From IMG/VR virus record IMGVR_UViG_3300033074_000747: a DNA stretch of 37,456 nucleotides. One strand, given 5' to 3'. The stretch comes from an uncultured virus (IMG/VR IMGVR_UViG_3300033074_000747) (taxonomy: Duplodnaviria > Heunggongvirae > Uroviricota > Caudoviricetes). The translations under genes and the position numbers were made by a program. The notes beneath the pieces were generated by a model. It ran no database searches, was not told the DNA's origin, and worked only from the letters and a program-made list of their open reading frames with translations. Shown piece after piece: positions 16,832 to 24,686 of this stretch (position 1 is the stretch's first letter; each line of letters starts with the position of its first letter).

Positions 16832-17377
16832 TTAAGATCCGAACCCCGCTACTATCGCTCTGTACGGATTGTGGACGTGGTCAACGTATGGAACGCCGTT
16901 CAGGTCCATGACCCCTTTCAATACTCGATGCGCCTCGTCCACCGTCGGCGCGAGTGCGGCGAATGACAACTCGTCTCCCTCTGAGTTGATCACGCACCAG
17001 TACGTCGCCCGCTCCCCCTCGAAGTCGTATTCGGCCTGCGAGTTGGCGGTGAACGACACCGGAGTGTGCGTGACCAGACTGGCGGGAAAGCTCACCCCCG
17101 CCGCGCGCAACGTCTGCTTCAACTCCTCGACAGCGTCCGCCAGCGACGAGTTCCGAGCGTAGTGACCGGCGTAGGATACCTGCCATTGTGCTTGACCTCT
17201 GGTCGAGTAGGGCCTGACCGTGTACCACTTGGCCTGGCCGCTGATGACGTTCGTAGATGTGGCCTCGGCAGGTGCTGTGGCGTCGGCCACCACGCCGGTC
17301 CCGCCGCACCCCTGGCACGCGCTGGTAGACGTCAGTCCCTGGTATTTCCCCGACCCTTTGCAGTCTGGACAAATCAT
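16832..17377 (-). CDS. hypothetical protein with N-terminal DnaJ-type CxxCxGxG finger (181 aa)
   Basis: CPDCKGSG...CQGCGGTG; ATGA overlap with upstream gene. Confidence 0.7.
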   Translation of the reverse strand: MICPDCKGSGKYQGLTSTSACQGCGGTGVVADATAPAEATSTNVISGQAKWYTVRPYSTRGQAQWQVSYAGHYARNSSLADAVEELKQTLRAAGVSFPASLVTHTPVSFTANSQAEYDFEGERATYWCVINSEGDELSFAALAPTVDEAHRVLKGVMDLNGVPYVDHVHNPYRAIVAGFGS

Positions 17378-18099
17378 GATACGTTCCCTTGGTTAAATAG
17401 CCTCCGTACCCAACAATTCATCGTATGCGGCCCCTTGCCGATTGGCGGCAGTGGCGTCCAGCCGGTTCCGTTGCAAGCCTCGCATACGGCACTAATATCA
17501 ATACTCGCCCCCCACGGAGTTACGCCGCCGCTATCTTCTGTGGTTGCGCCTTCTCCCAAACACGTCGGACACCGACCCAATCCCCGGCAGTGTTGCAGGA
17601 TGTCCGCGTTGTCGCAGCCTGCCTCACACAGCGCGTCGTGCAGTGCAGCCCATGCCCCTGCATCGTGCGGGTTCTCGCGAAGACTGGAGGCGATGTTGAG
17701 GACGTGGGGAGTGAGCCAGGGGCAATCACCAATGGGACATGATACGCACGGAATCCACTTCATGCCGTCCATACCGGTGTAGATTGATTTCTTCCCGCCG
17801 CACTTATCGCAAATTGGCACATCAAGTCTTAGCAACTCCATCTTACGCCACGGATTCCCCGCCACGTCCCGGAGGATGTCGGCGCGGGGATCTGGATGCG
17901 GGAAGGATTTATGCCAGTCATTTATTGCCCATGAGCGTGCCAGGTCAAGCCAGTCATTCCCGTCAAAAGCAAAAGTAGTAGTAGACGCCCGCCGACATTC
18001 CACCACGAACGCCCGCAGTGCGTCCACGTCCCCGATGTCGTGCAGGTGTCGCACCTTCGCGGGGAGGTTGTCGCCGGTGAGCCACTGTTGTTCCGTCAT
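17374..18099 (-). CDS. Gemmata-type 'MTE..W...GNP...DAL.EAGC...GPH..CW' family protein with two Zn-ribbon insertions (241 aa)
   Basis: ATGA overlap at 18096-18099; MTEQQWL, ILRDVAGNPW, PWLT..V, LHDALCEAGCDNADILQHCR, GPHTMNCWV. Confidence 0.75.
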   Translation of the reverse strand: MTEQQWLTGDNLPAKVRHLHDIGDVDALRAFVVECRRASTTTFAFDGNDWLDLARSWAINDWHKSFPHPDPRADILRDVAGNPWRKMELLRLDVPICDKCGGKKSIYTGMDGMKWIPCVSCPIGDCPWLTPHVLNIASSLRENPHDAGAWAALHDALCEAGCDNADILQHCRGLGRCPTCLGEGATTEDSGGVTPWGASIDISAVCEACNGTGWTPLPPIGKGPHTMNCWVRRLFNQGNVS

Positions 18100-18905
18100 C
18101 GCATCTCCCATCTCGGCAGTCCCGCCGTGGCTCGCGCCCACTGGAGCGCCCGGCGATATAGCCACTCGTTCGCCTCTTCTCCCGTCTTGTAATTCATCCG
18201 CCGTTTGCCGTCCATCCATCCGGCTGGCACGGTTGATGAATTACTCAAAGGGTGACTACTACCTCCAATAAATCCAGCCTTGGAAATCGCGTCAGACGAG
18301 AACCAAACCGCCCCGTATTTGGTTCCGTACCCACTGCCTCCGATCTTGATATGTGATGCCTCCCTATCCACCAGCCGCACCTGCGTTACTGGCGTCTGCG
18401 TCACGATCTGCGGCCCGTGCGTGGCCCATGATTGACAGGTAGTGGTGATGGATTCGACGAAGCCGCGTTGAAACAACGCATGGAATTCAGGGTGTGATTC
18501 TGGACGGAGATTGACATAATGCAATTCGTTTGGCGACCATCCGGCTATGTGCCATTCTGGGAAGATACCCCATATCGGTTCATCTAGTTGCATGGCGTTA
18601 TCTGCCGCGCTCGCCCATAACTCCCGCTCCCTTGTATTCAGCCGCACCCGCTCTGAACATGCCGGACATGTCACCATCACCCGATACTGTTGCACATCGG
18701 CGTTGTATTCCTTGCACGCAAGCCCCCGTGTCATCCACTCACATCGCAGGGGCTTGGATAGCTCAATCTGTGTGCGGACAAATTCCGCTCGCGCCATGTC
18801 CCCGCACTCTTCGCACGTATCAGCGTACACCAGCCGCGCCGTCATGTCGCTGGGGTCCGCGCAGATCGCGGAGAGTAAGGCGGCTTGCGTGTCTGTGTGG
18901 GTCAT
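18096..18905 (-). CDS. TIGR02996 domain-containing protein (269 aa)
   Basis: ALLSAICADPSDMTARLVYAD..EE.GD..RAEFVR.Q.EL and downstream F.RGFVESI...W...PV..V.L.DR. Confidence 0.85.
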   Translation of the reverse strand: MTHTDTQAALLSAICADPSDMTARLVYADTCEECGDMARAEFVRTQIELSKPLRCEWMTRGLACKEYNADVQQYRVMVTCPACSERVRLNTRERELWASAADNAMQLDEPIWGIFPEWHIAGWSPNELHYVNLRPESHPEFHALFQRGFVESITTTCQSWATHGPQIVTQTPVTQVRLVDREASHIKIGGSGYGTKYGAVWFSSDAISKAGFIGGSSHPLSNSSTVPAGWMDGKRRMNYKTGEEANEWLYRRALQWARATAGLPRWEMR

Positions 18906-19102
18906 TCATCCACCCCCAGAAATCCCATAAACCAGTATTCCCACGCTGGCAATAGCGTCGTCCGCACGTCGTGATAGGTCGGGTCGTCCACCGTGACGAT
19001 ATGCCCGTCTTCCCCGTGTTCCGCAATGTGGCTCTTGATCAATGGGTGAGCCAGCCACTTGTCTTGTATCGCTCTCAGTCGGTCGCGTTCTGTGTCGGTC
19101 AT
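18902..19102 (-). CDS. hypothetical protein (66 aa)
   Basis: ATGA overlaps at both ends; GAAGGTGA RBS. Confidence 0.6.
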   Translation of the reverse strand: MTDTERDRLRAIQDKWLAHPLIKSHIAEHGEDGHIVTVDDPTYHDVRTTLLPAWEYWFMGFLGVDE

Positions 19103-19284
19103 TGTGTCACCTTCTCCCAGATGTAGCCACGATCCGCGTATCGCGCCAGTAGCCCGCGTGCTATGGCGTCGTATTGATGCCCGCTGAACACGCCGAATTG
19201 CTCCGCAAGATACTCTCGAGTGATCCGCACAAGCTCATCGTGTTCCGCTGCCGCCTGCCTCAGTTGCTCGTTGTCGGTCGCCAT
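19099..19284 (-). CDS. hypothetical protein (61 aa)
   Basis: AGGAGGTGAGTGATG junction; ATGA overlap downstream. Confidence 0.6.
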   Translation of the reverse strand: MATDNEQLRQAAAEHDELVRITREYLAEQFGVFSGHQYDAIARGLLARYADRGYIWEKVTQ

Positions 19285-19287
19285 CAC

Positions 19288-19533
19288 TCACCTCCTTTCT
19301 TGCGCAGTCTTTACGATAGGCTTTCCCGCCTCGTGCCATGTCTGAACAATGATCTTGGATATTTCTGGAATGTCTTGACAAATTTCTATTTCCAAGTCCC
19401 TCGACCAATCAGTTTTGTGAACTGTAACGCCGTACTCTGCACCGTCCGCGCAAAAACACCGGACGGCCCACTTCCATTTGTCCCTTAGCGAATCGTAGTT
19501 GTTCCGTAATTGTGTCATTATTACATCCGCCAT
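19288..19533 (-). CDS. hypothetical protein, low GC (81 aa)
   Basis: AAAGGCGGTGAGTGATG junction supplies RBS, upstream stop and start. Confidence 0.55.
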   Translation of the reverse strand: MADVIMTQLRNNYDSLRDKWKWAVRCFCADGAEYGVTVHKTDWSRDLEIEICQDIPEISKIIVQTWHEAGKPIVKTAQERR

Positions 19534-19733
19534 CACTCACCGCCTTTCATCTTTACTATGCCAATTGGGTCCATTCCAGCACAGGACATCAGCCCGCAAA
19601 ATTCAGCGACAGTCTCAACCATTGACACTTTGTCAATCAAAGATTGAGCGGCATTCCCCAATAACTCTAACTCCTTCTTTAGTTCATACCGACGCCTCTT
19701 AACGTGATTTTTAGGAGGTCTTCCAAGCTGCAT
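19533..19733 (-). CDS. hypothetical protein, low GC (66 aa)
   Basis: Flanked by identical junction repeats; ends KGGE*. Confidence 0.55.
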   Translation of the reverse strand: MQLGRPPKNHVKRRRYELKKELELLGNAAQSLIDKVSMVETVAEFCGLMSCAGMDPIGIVKMKGGE

Positions 19734-19774
19734 CACTCACCGCCTTTCACTTCCCCCGGTGTCCAGTCGTTCTT

Positions 19775-20092
19775 TTACAAGTCCAACCCATACATCAGGG
19801 CCGATTCGGTCTGATCTCCGCCCTCCCGGTAGAAGTTGTGCAACCGCCCGACGATTCGGAATCCTAGAGCCTCGTAGAACTGGTGAGCGATGGTGTTGCT
19901 GATTCGAGTGATCGCGTAGATCACGGCAGTGTTCGGCGGAATCCTCTTCTTCAGCATCTCGACCATCTCGCGGCCTCGGCCCTTCCGCCGGTCCGACCCG
20001 ACCACGATGTCATAGATCTCGACGGTCCGCCCCTGGCCCAGTCTCCAAACCAGGCGGTCATCGACTGATAACATGATATGGTGGCAATTCAT
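19775..20092 (-). CDS. GNAT family N-acetyltransferase (105 aa)
   Basis: EIYDIVV..DRRKGRGREM (motif A), SNTIAHQFYEALGF (motif B). Confidence 0.85.
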   Translation of the reverse strand: MNCHHIMLSVDDRLVWRLGQGRTVEIYDIVVGSDRRKGRGREMVEMLKKRIPPNTAVIYAITRISNTIAHQFYEALGFRIVGRLHNFYREGGDQTESALMYGLDL

Positions 20093-20199
20093 TTCCGATC
20101 CTCCAAATGGGGCTTCGCCACATTCGCAGCCTCGTCAAAGGTCAACCATCCGTGGGCGGTGATCCGGTCATAGGCATCAATAAATTGTTGTAGGTCCAT
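20089..20199 (-). pseudogene. 36-aa remnant, possibly the N-terminus of a deleted class I (Methyltransf_24-like) methyltransferase
   Basis: MDLQQFIDAYDRITAHGWLTFDEAANVAKPHLEDRK*; GWLT..EA resembles the start of such enzymes; ATGA overlap with the GNAT gene. Confidence 0.35.
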
Positions 20200-20215
20200 A
20201 GGTGTAGTCGCTCTC

Positions 20216-20935
20216 TCATAACGGCCAGTAAGGGTTGGGTTCAACGGTCGGCGGGTAGGTCTCCTCATCCAGGCAGTAGTTCCAGAAGCCATAAGGGTTG
20301 TTCCCCACCGCTGTCGTGTAGATCCGATCCCAGCGGGCCTTGTGCTGCTCTCTAAGTTCGCGGGTCATCAGCCCCGTGTGGAGACATACCAGATCGGTGT
20401 CGCCCTTCTTGGCATAGGGGGTAGGCTTTCCATCACGGTCGAGGAGCTTCGCCCCGTTGGTGATCGGATGGTCGAACCGCCAGCGGCGATTACCCTGAAC
20501 GTTGTAGAATTTGACCCGAGGAGCATTGCTGAATATCGTATCAACGCGGATATGGTTCACGTCGTTCCAGCAGTTGACCCATATTGCCCGCAGGTAGTCC
20601 TCTGGCCTCTTGAGTATCTCCTTGAACTTGTCCGGCGCATCCTTCTCCCAGATCTCGTCAGAATCCGTATAGACGATCCACTTGGGCTTGGCTTCTAGCA
20701 GCAGGTCGAACACAGCCTGCTTCGACTGCTCAGTGTACTCCAGTGTTGGGTCATCCTGGCGGAAGGACTTGATGCAGAGTGGATGAGACATGAGTCTGCC
20801 CACCGTGTCGTCGGAGCATCGGTCGAAGAACACCCCGAACGGTAGGTTCATGTGCTCCATTCCCGCCAGATACTGCGGTATCCAGTGGGCGTCCTCTTCG
20901 CAGATCGTCAGGTAGCTGGCAAATGGTATGGTCAT
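20216..20935 (-). CDS. GT2-like (GT-A) glycosyltransferase (239 aa)
   Basis: ATGA overlap at 20932-20935; FFDRCSDDT and WIVYTDSDE (DxD) motifs; late LHTG. Confidence 0.8.
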   Translation of the reverse strand: MTIPFASYLTICEEDAHWIPQYLAGMEHMNLPFGVFFDRCSDDTVGRLMSHPLCIKSFRQDDPTLEYTEQSKQAVFDLLLEAKPKWIVYTDSDEIWEKDAPDKFKEILKRPEDYLRAIWVNCWNDVNHIRVDTIFSNAPRVKFYNVQGNRRWRFDHPITNGAKLLDRDGKPTPYAKKGDTDLVCLHTGLMTRELREQHKARWDRIYTTAVGNNPYGFWNYCLDEETYPPTVEPNPYWPL

Positions 20936-21858
20936 GGGAAGTTCACATCCTCCAGTTTGCGGGCCGCGTGGATGGCCCTGTTTGTTTCGTGGTTGCGGCA
21001 GCACACCTGGCACTTCTCGTGGACGGGCACGCTCGCGGGCGCGCGGTCGAGGATGTCCTGGAGCCGATCCTGGTAGAGGTTCCCCAGCGTGTACCCCTCG
21101 TAGTTTCGCATGTAGGCGCACACGTCCACGTTGCCATCCTCCCAGACGAAGGGCACGAAGTGGTACCCCTCGCATTGGGTGTACTCCGTCCCGTGGGGGA
21201 GGCTCGCCTGCTCGAACTTGTAGTCTGTAACGTGGAGCAGTGGATGATTGATGATCGTCGGGAAGATGGTGACCGTCTCCCCGTGGAACTTCAGAGCAGG
21301 GCGCATCTGGACGTAATCCACCCCGCAGCGCTCGGCCACGTCCAGGGTCTTCCTGAGATAGTCGTCATCCTGCGGCCCCGCGTAGTTGAAGGCGATACCT
21401 AGCCTTCGGGCCGGTCGGAGCATCTTGATATATTCCTCGTTCCAGGGCCGGTCGGTCATTGTCACACGTATCCAGGTCATCTTGGCGGGATCGTACCGAG
21501 GGACCGCCAGCGCGTTGGTGAACATCCCCTGCTCCATCCCGCTGAGGCTGACGTGAGCCACCGCACTGGCAATAGCGGGATACAAGGAAGGCTCGCCGCC
21601 CCCCGTCCAACTGATTGACCTGACTCCCATCGCCGCCGCATCGTCGATCAGTCTCAGCAACTCCACCGTGCCGAGGAAGGTCTTGCGGTGGCTACCTGCC
21701 GCCCCCTGAGCATACCAACAGAAATCACAGCTGGCGTTGCACACCCCGCACGGACTGATCTCGATGTTGATCGGCACGATGCGCTTCCCGGCCAGATAGT
21801 CGGGAAACTGGCGGTGGAGGTGCAGCTTGTCCTGGGGGGCCATCGGTAGAGATTTCAT
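20932..21858 (-). CDS. radical SAM enzyme with SPASM/twitch domain (308 aa)
   Basis: CNASCDFC (CX3CX2C), TGGGEP, MFTN; C-terminal C....DGNVDVC....LGNL....C..CC. Confidence 0.92.
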   Translation of the reverse strand: MKSLPMAPQDKLHLHRQFPDYLAGKRIVPINIEISPCGVCNASCDFCWYAQGAAGSHRKTFLGTVELLRLIDDAAAMGVRSISWTGGGEPSLYPAIASAVAHVSLSGMEQGMFTNALAVPRYDPAKMTWIRVTMTDRPWNEEYIKMLRPARRLGIAFNYAGPQDDDYLRKTLDVAERCGVDYVQMRPALKFHGETVTIFPTIINHPLLHVTDYKFEQASLPHGTEYTQCEGYHFVPFVWEDGNVDVCAYMRNYEGYTLGNLYQDRLQDILDRAPASVPVHEKCQVCCRNHETNRAIHAARKLEDVNFP

Positions 21859-22091
21859 ACTTTTGTCCTCTGTACGACCTCTAGCAAGATCAGACCAAGT
21901 TCACGCATGGCGGCTACGACATCGCCATTGTCGTTTGGATCGTTGCCCCCGGTGAGCGTGGAGTTCAGCGCTCGGTCGATCCGCTTGCACAGTCTCGTCC
22001 GGGCCTCTTCTGTCATGGTCATCTTCGTCAGGCTCTCGCTCATCGGTCCCCACCATCCTCTCAGCTCGGCCAGGTAGTAGTGATGCGGCAT
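21855..22091 (-). CDS. hypothetical protein (up to 78 aa; start uncertain)
   Basis: Fills the gap between the dehydrogenase stop and an ATGA overlap with the radical SAM gene. Confidence 0.5.
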   Translation of the reverse strand: MPHHYYLAELRGWWGPMSESLTKMTMTEEARTRLCKRIDRALNSTLTGGNDPNDNGDVVAAMRELGLILLEVVQRTKV

Positions 22092-22934
22092 CTAGTCGTT
22101 CCTCTTGCGGTCAATCGTCTCATTCCTCCGGAGCGCAGCGTTGGCGACCACCCCCGCTTCTCCTAACTGATCCACCAGCATCGACAGATCCTTGGGCAGG
22201 CACGATCCGCCGAACCCCCGCCTGCCATCCGGCCCCGGTACGCGGCAGTGGGATCGGGGTATACGCCCGTCGGCCAGAACTGCCTTGATCACCGTCACCC
22301 AGTTCAGCCCCTTCTCGTCGGCCAGGCAGCGGACCTCGTTCCAGTAGGCGACCGTCGTGGCGAACAGGCCATTCTGGAACAGCTTCACGGCCTCGCTCTC
22401 GTCCGATGTCATGATATGTACGGGGCATCCAGGAAACCGATTAGCGTAGAGGCCGTTCAATAGCTCTCCGCATTGGTTCCGCTCCGTCCATCCGTTTGGC
22501 AGTCCAATTACATTCCTGGAGGGGAACTGGGCGTCGGTCATCGCGCATCGGGCCGTCAGGAACTCCGGCGAGTGGACGATGTTCGTCAGCCCGTAGTCCC
22601 TGGCCAGCATCCGGGTTGTGCCGATCGGGACCGTCGAGCGCAGCACGAAATTTCTCGCAGAGTAGCCCCCTTTGGGGAGAATGCCAGTCAGTCCCTTGCC
22701 GTGGATCATATCGCGGAAGAACCCCTCCACCACCGACAGGTCGCACTCCAGCGACCCATCCTTCAGCGGCGTCGGCAGGCACACGAACACCAGGTCGCAC
22801 TCCAGAACCTCGTGGAGGTTGTGCGAACGCCTTTCCGCCCGCAGATCGTATACCCGCACCTCGTCGGCCCACTCAAGGTAGGTCCGAGCCGTCGCCGATC
22901 CCACCACCCCACCACCCACCACTCCGATCTTCAT
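22092..22934 (-). CDS. UDP-glucose/GDP-mannose 6-dehydrogenase family protein, short form lacking the C-terminal domain (280 aa)
   Basis: IGVVGGGVVG, FVCLPTP, RSTVPIGTT, SPEFL, SEAVKLFQN, GFGGSCLPKD (catalytic Cys). Confidence 0.93.
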   Translation of the reverse strand: MKIGVVGGGVVGSATARTYLEWADEVRVYDLRAERRSHNLHEVLECDLVFVCLPTPLKDGSLECDLSVVEGFFRDMIHGKGLTGILPKGGYSARNFVLRSTVPIGTTRMLARDYGLTNIVHSPEFLTARCAMTDAQFPSRNVIGLPNGWTERNQCGELLNGLYANRFPGCPVHIMTSDESEAVKLFQNGLFATTVAYWNEVRCLADEKGLNWVTVIKAVLADGRIPRSHCRVPGPDGRRGFGGSCLPKDLSMLVDQLGEAGVVANAALRRNETIDRKRND

Positions 22935-22959
22935 GTTCGTCCTCCAGATAGTGCTGTCG

Positions 22960-23169
22960 TTACTCTGACCTCTTGACCCTACCTCTTCTACCGCCCCCGC
23001 CGGTCTTGATTTCCCCTCCGTCCCTCATCGGTATAGCCCGGCTGCCGTAGCCCTTCGCCACCTTGACCGACCAGCAGTCCTCGCATCGGCCGTTGTATAT
23101 CATCAGCTCGCCAGGAGGGGTGAAGTTCTTGCAGATCTTGCAGATCTTGCAGGTCGTGTCGTCGTCCAT
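22960..23169 (-). CDS. small Zn-finger protein (69 aa)
   Basis: CKICKICK...RCEDC; GGAG RBS. Confidence 0.6.
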   Translation of the reverse strand: MDDDTTCKICKICKNFTPPGELMIYNGRCEDCWSVKVAKGYGSRAIPMRDGGEIKTGGGGRRGRVKRSE

Positions 23170-23186
23170 GTCAGCTCCGTTCTATC

Positions 23187-23402
23187 TCACCGCCGGTCAC
23201 GCTTCACTATGACCTCGAACTCCACCGCCTCCGGGAACTGCTTCGGGTCCACCACTACTCGTATCGCGTCCACTGGGTCCACCAAGTGACGGGCCGACGG
23301 GTCCATGCCCCCGTAGGACATCCTTACCTGGTCTTCATCCAGTCGAGCCACGTCCTTGTGATACCCATCATTGTTCCACATTCTGACAATTACTGTGCTC
23401 AT
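23187..23402 (-). CDS. hypothetical protein (71 aa)
   Basis: ATGA overlap at 23399-23402 (MSTVIVRMW...). Confidence 0.55.
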   Translation of the reverse strand: MSTVIVRMWNNDGYHKDVARLDEDQVRMSYGGMDPSARHLVDPVDAIRVVVDPKQFPEAVEFEVIVKRDRR

Positions 23403-24682
23403 CCGAAGTTCCTCCTCATGAATTTCCGCAGGCCGTCTGCGTCCCGATCCTCGCGCCACATCACCTCTCTTAACCTATTATAACCCGCCAGGCCGATCTG
23501 CCGGTTGTAGTCCTGGTTCTTGAGCTTTGCCAGGTGACCCGCCACCTCCGCCGTGCAGGAGGTCACGTCCTCCGGGGTCAGCCCCTCGTGGGTCTCCCGG
23601 TCGAACACCAGGCACGTCTCTCCTGGGACGAGTAGCCCCTCCATCCGGCATCTCCAGATCAATCGCCTCGTGCAGATGAGCGGACAGGCCGAGGCCAGAC
23701 ACTCGTAGATGGCGTACCCCGGCGCGTCGCTGCTCTTGAGGTGGACCATCGCCAGGGCCGAGGACAACTCCTGGGGAATAGTGGAATGGTTGATGAGGCC
23801 GTCGGGCGACCCGTTCCCGTAGACCCGCACCCCCAGGCCGCGCATCGGGTCCACCAGGTCTCGGTAGCCCCAGCCGTTCACGTTGTGGATGAGGCAGATC
23901 GGCGATGCGGTAGTTCGTGGGGTGATGAATCCGATCCTCTGGTGCTTGTCATAGTAGTCCCCGAAGCGCACGAACGGAGGCCAGCAGGTATACGATTTAC
24001 ACGCCTCATCGTCGAGGCCCGCCTCTCCGGTCTTGCACACATCGCACGACGCCAGCGATGTCTCTGGGTCACGGTAGACCCTCCAGTGCCGCAGGTCCCA
24101 CTGGTGATACCACTGGTTTGGCGTCAGAACCGGGCAGGGCGGGTTGACCTCGTCGCCACAATCCTCACATCGCGGGCATAGGCTATTCTCTGGCCAGTCT
24201 ACTGCAGGTTTGGTCATGGGTTGGGGGAGTATCCCCGTATCGATGAGTTGCTGGACGGTTGGCTCGATGATCTTCTCAGCGACCCTTTCTCGCATTGCGT
24301 TTCGCCTCTTACAGTCGTCGCATCGGCGGATGACGTGCTCCGGCTTGCCACCGTTGATACGATACCAAAGCACCCGGCCCCGTAGGTTGGGCCAGTGCCT
24401 CTCCACGAGGGGTCCGTTGCGGTGGCCCTTCACGTCCACGTAGATCGCGTCAGTTCGAGACATGTCGGCCACCCCCGCGTAGGGTAGGGGCATCGGTGGG
24501 TCGTATCCCCAGCCTCGCACCAGGTTGCTCACGTCCAGCACCGTATCGCACCCGACCCTCCTCAGAGTTGCCTTCAGCCTCTCGTCGGGCAGGGCGCACT
24601 CGTACCCGACGGCCCTCAGCATCACCACCAGGGACTCCAGTGGCCCCGTGTCCGCCACCTGCAGTATCGCTAGTCTCGCCAT
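23399..24682 (-). CDS. GT-B-like glycosyltransferase with Cys-rich insertions (427 aa)
   Basis: VHLKSSDAPGYAIYECLASACPLI, LLVPGETCLVFD, ..IGLAGYNRL resemble the GT-B C-terminal domain. Confidence 0.75.
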   Translation of the reverse strand: MARLAILQVADTGPLESLVVMLRAVGYECALPDERLKATLRRVGCDTVLDVSNLVRGWGYDPPMPLPYAGVADMSRTDAIYVDVKGHRNGPLVERHWPNLRGRVLWYRINGGKPEHVIRRCDDCKRRNAMRERVAEKIIEPTVQQLIDTGILPQPMTKPAVDWPENSLCPRCEDCGDEVNPPCPVLTPNQWYHQWDLRHWRVYRDPETSLASCDVCKTGEAGLDDEACKSYTCWPPFVRFGDYYDKHQRIGFITPRTTASPICLIHNVNGWGYRDLVDPMRGLGVRVYGNGSPDGLINHSTIPQELSSALAMVHLKSSDAPGYAIYECLASACPLICTRRLIWRCRMEGLLVPGETCLVFDRETHEGLTPEDVTSCTAEVAGHLAKLKNQDYNRQIGLAGYNRLREVMWREDRDADGLRKFMRRNFG

Positions 24683-24686
24683 TCGA

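Larger units (their letters stand above)
19282..19749 (-). repeat. three RBS/stop/start junction repeats
   Basis: + strand CATCACTCACCGCCTTTCA at 19531-19549 and 19731-19749 (identical); CATCACTCACCTCCTTTC at 19282-19299. Confidence 0.85.

Noticed and set aside
20936..21175. Track starts for GT2 (21175), tape measure (36913) and ORFs at 18219, 29507, 23459
   Set aside because: Each overlaps an upstream gene extensively; internal ATGs with stop/start overlaps or RBS fit better.
9294..24682. Calling the sugar cluster a host O-antigen/capsule locus or a definite DNA hypermodification system
   Set aside because: It is interleaved with small phage-type ORFs and lacks Wzx/Wzy/ABC export genes; no base-activating enzyme is visible here, so the target cannot be fixed from this window.
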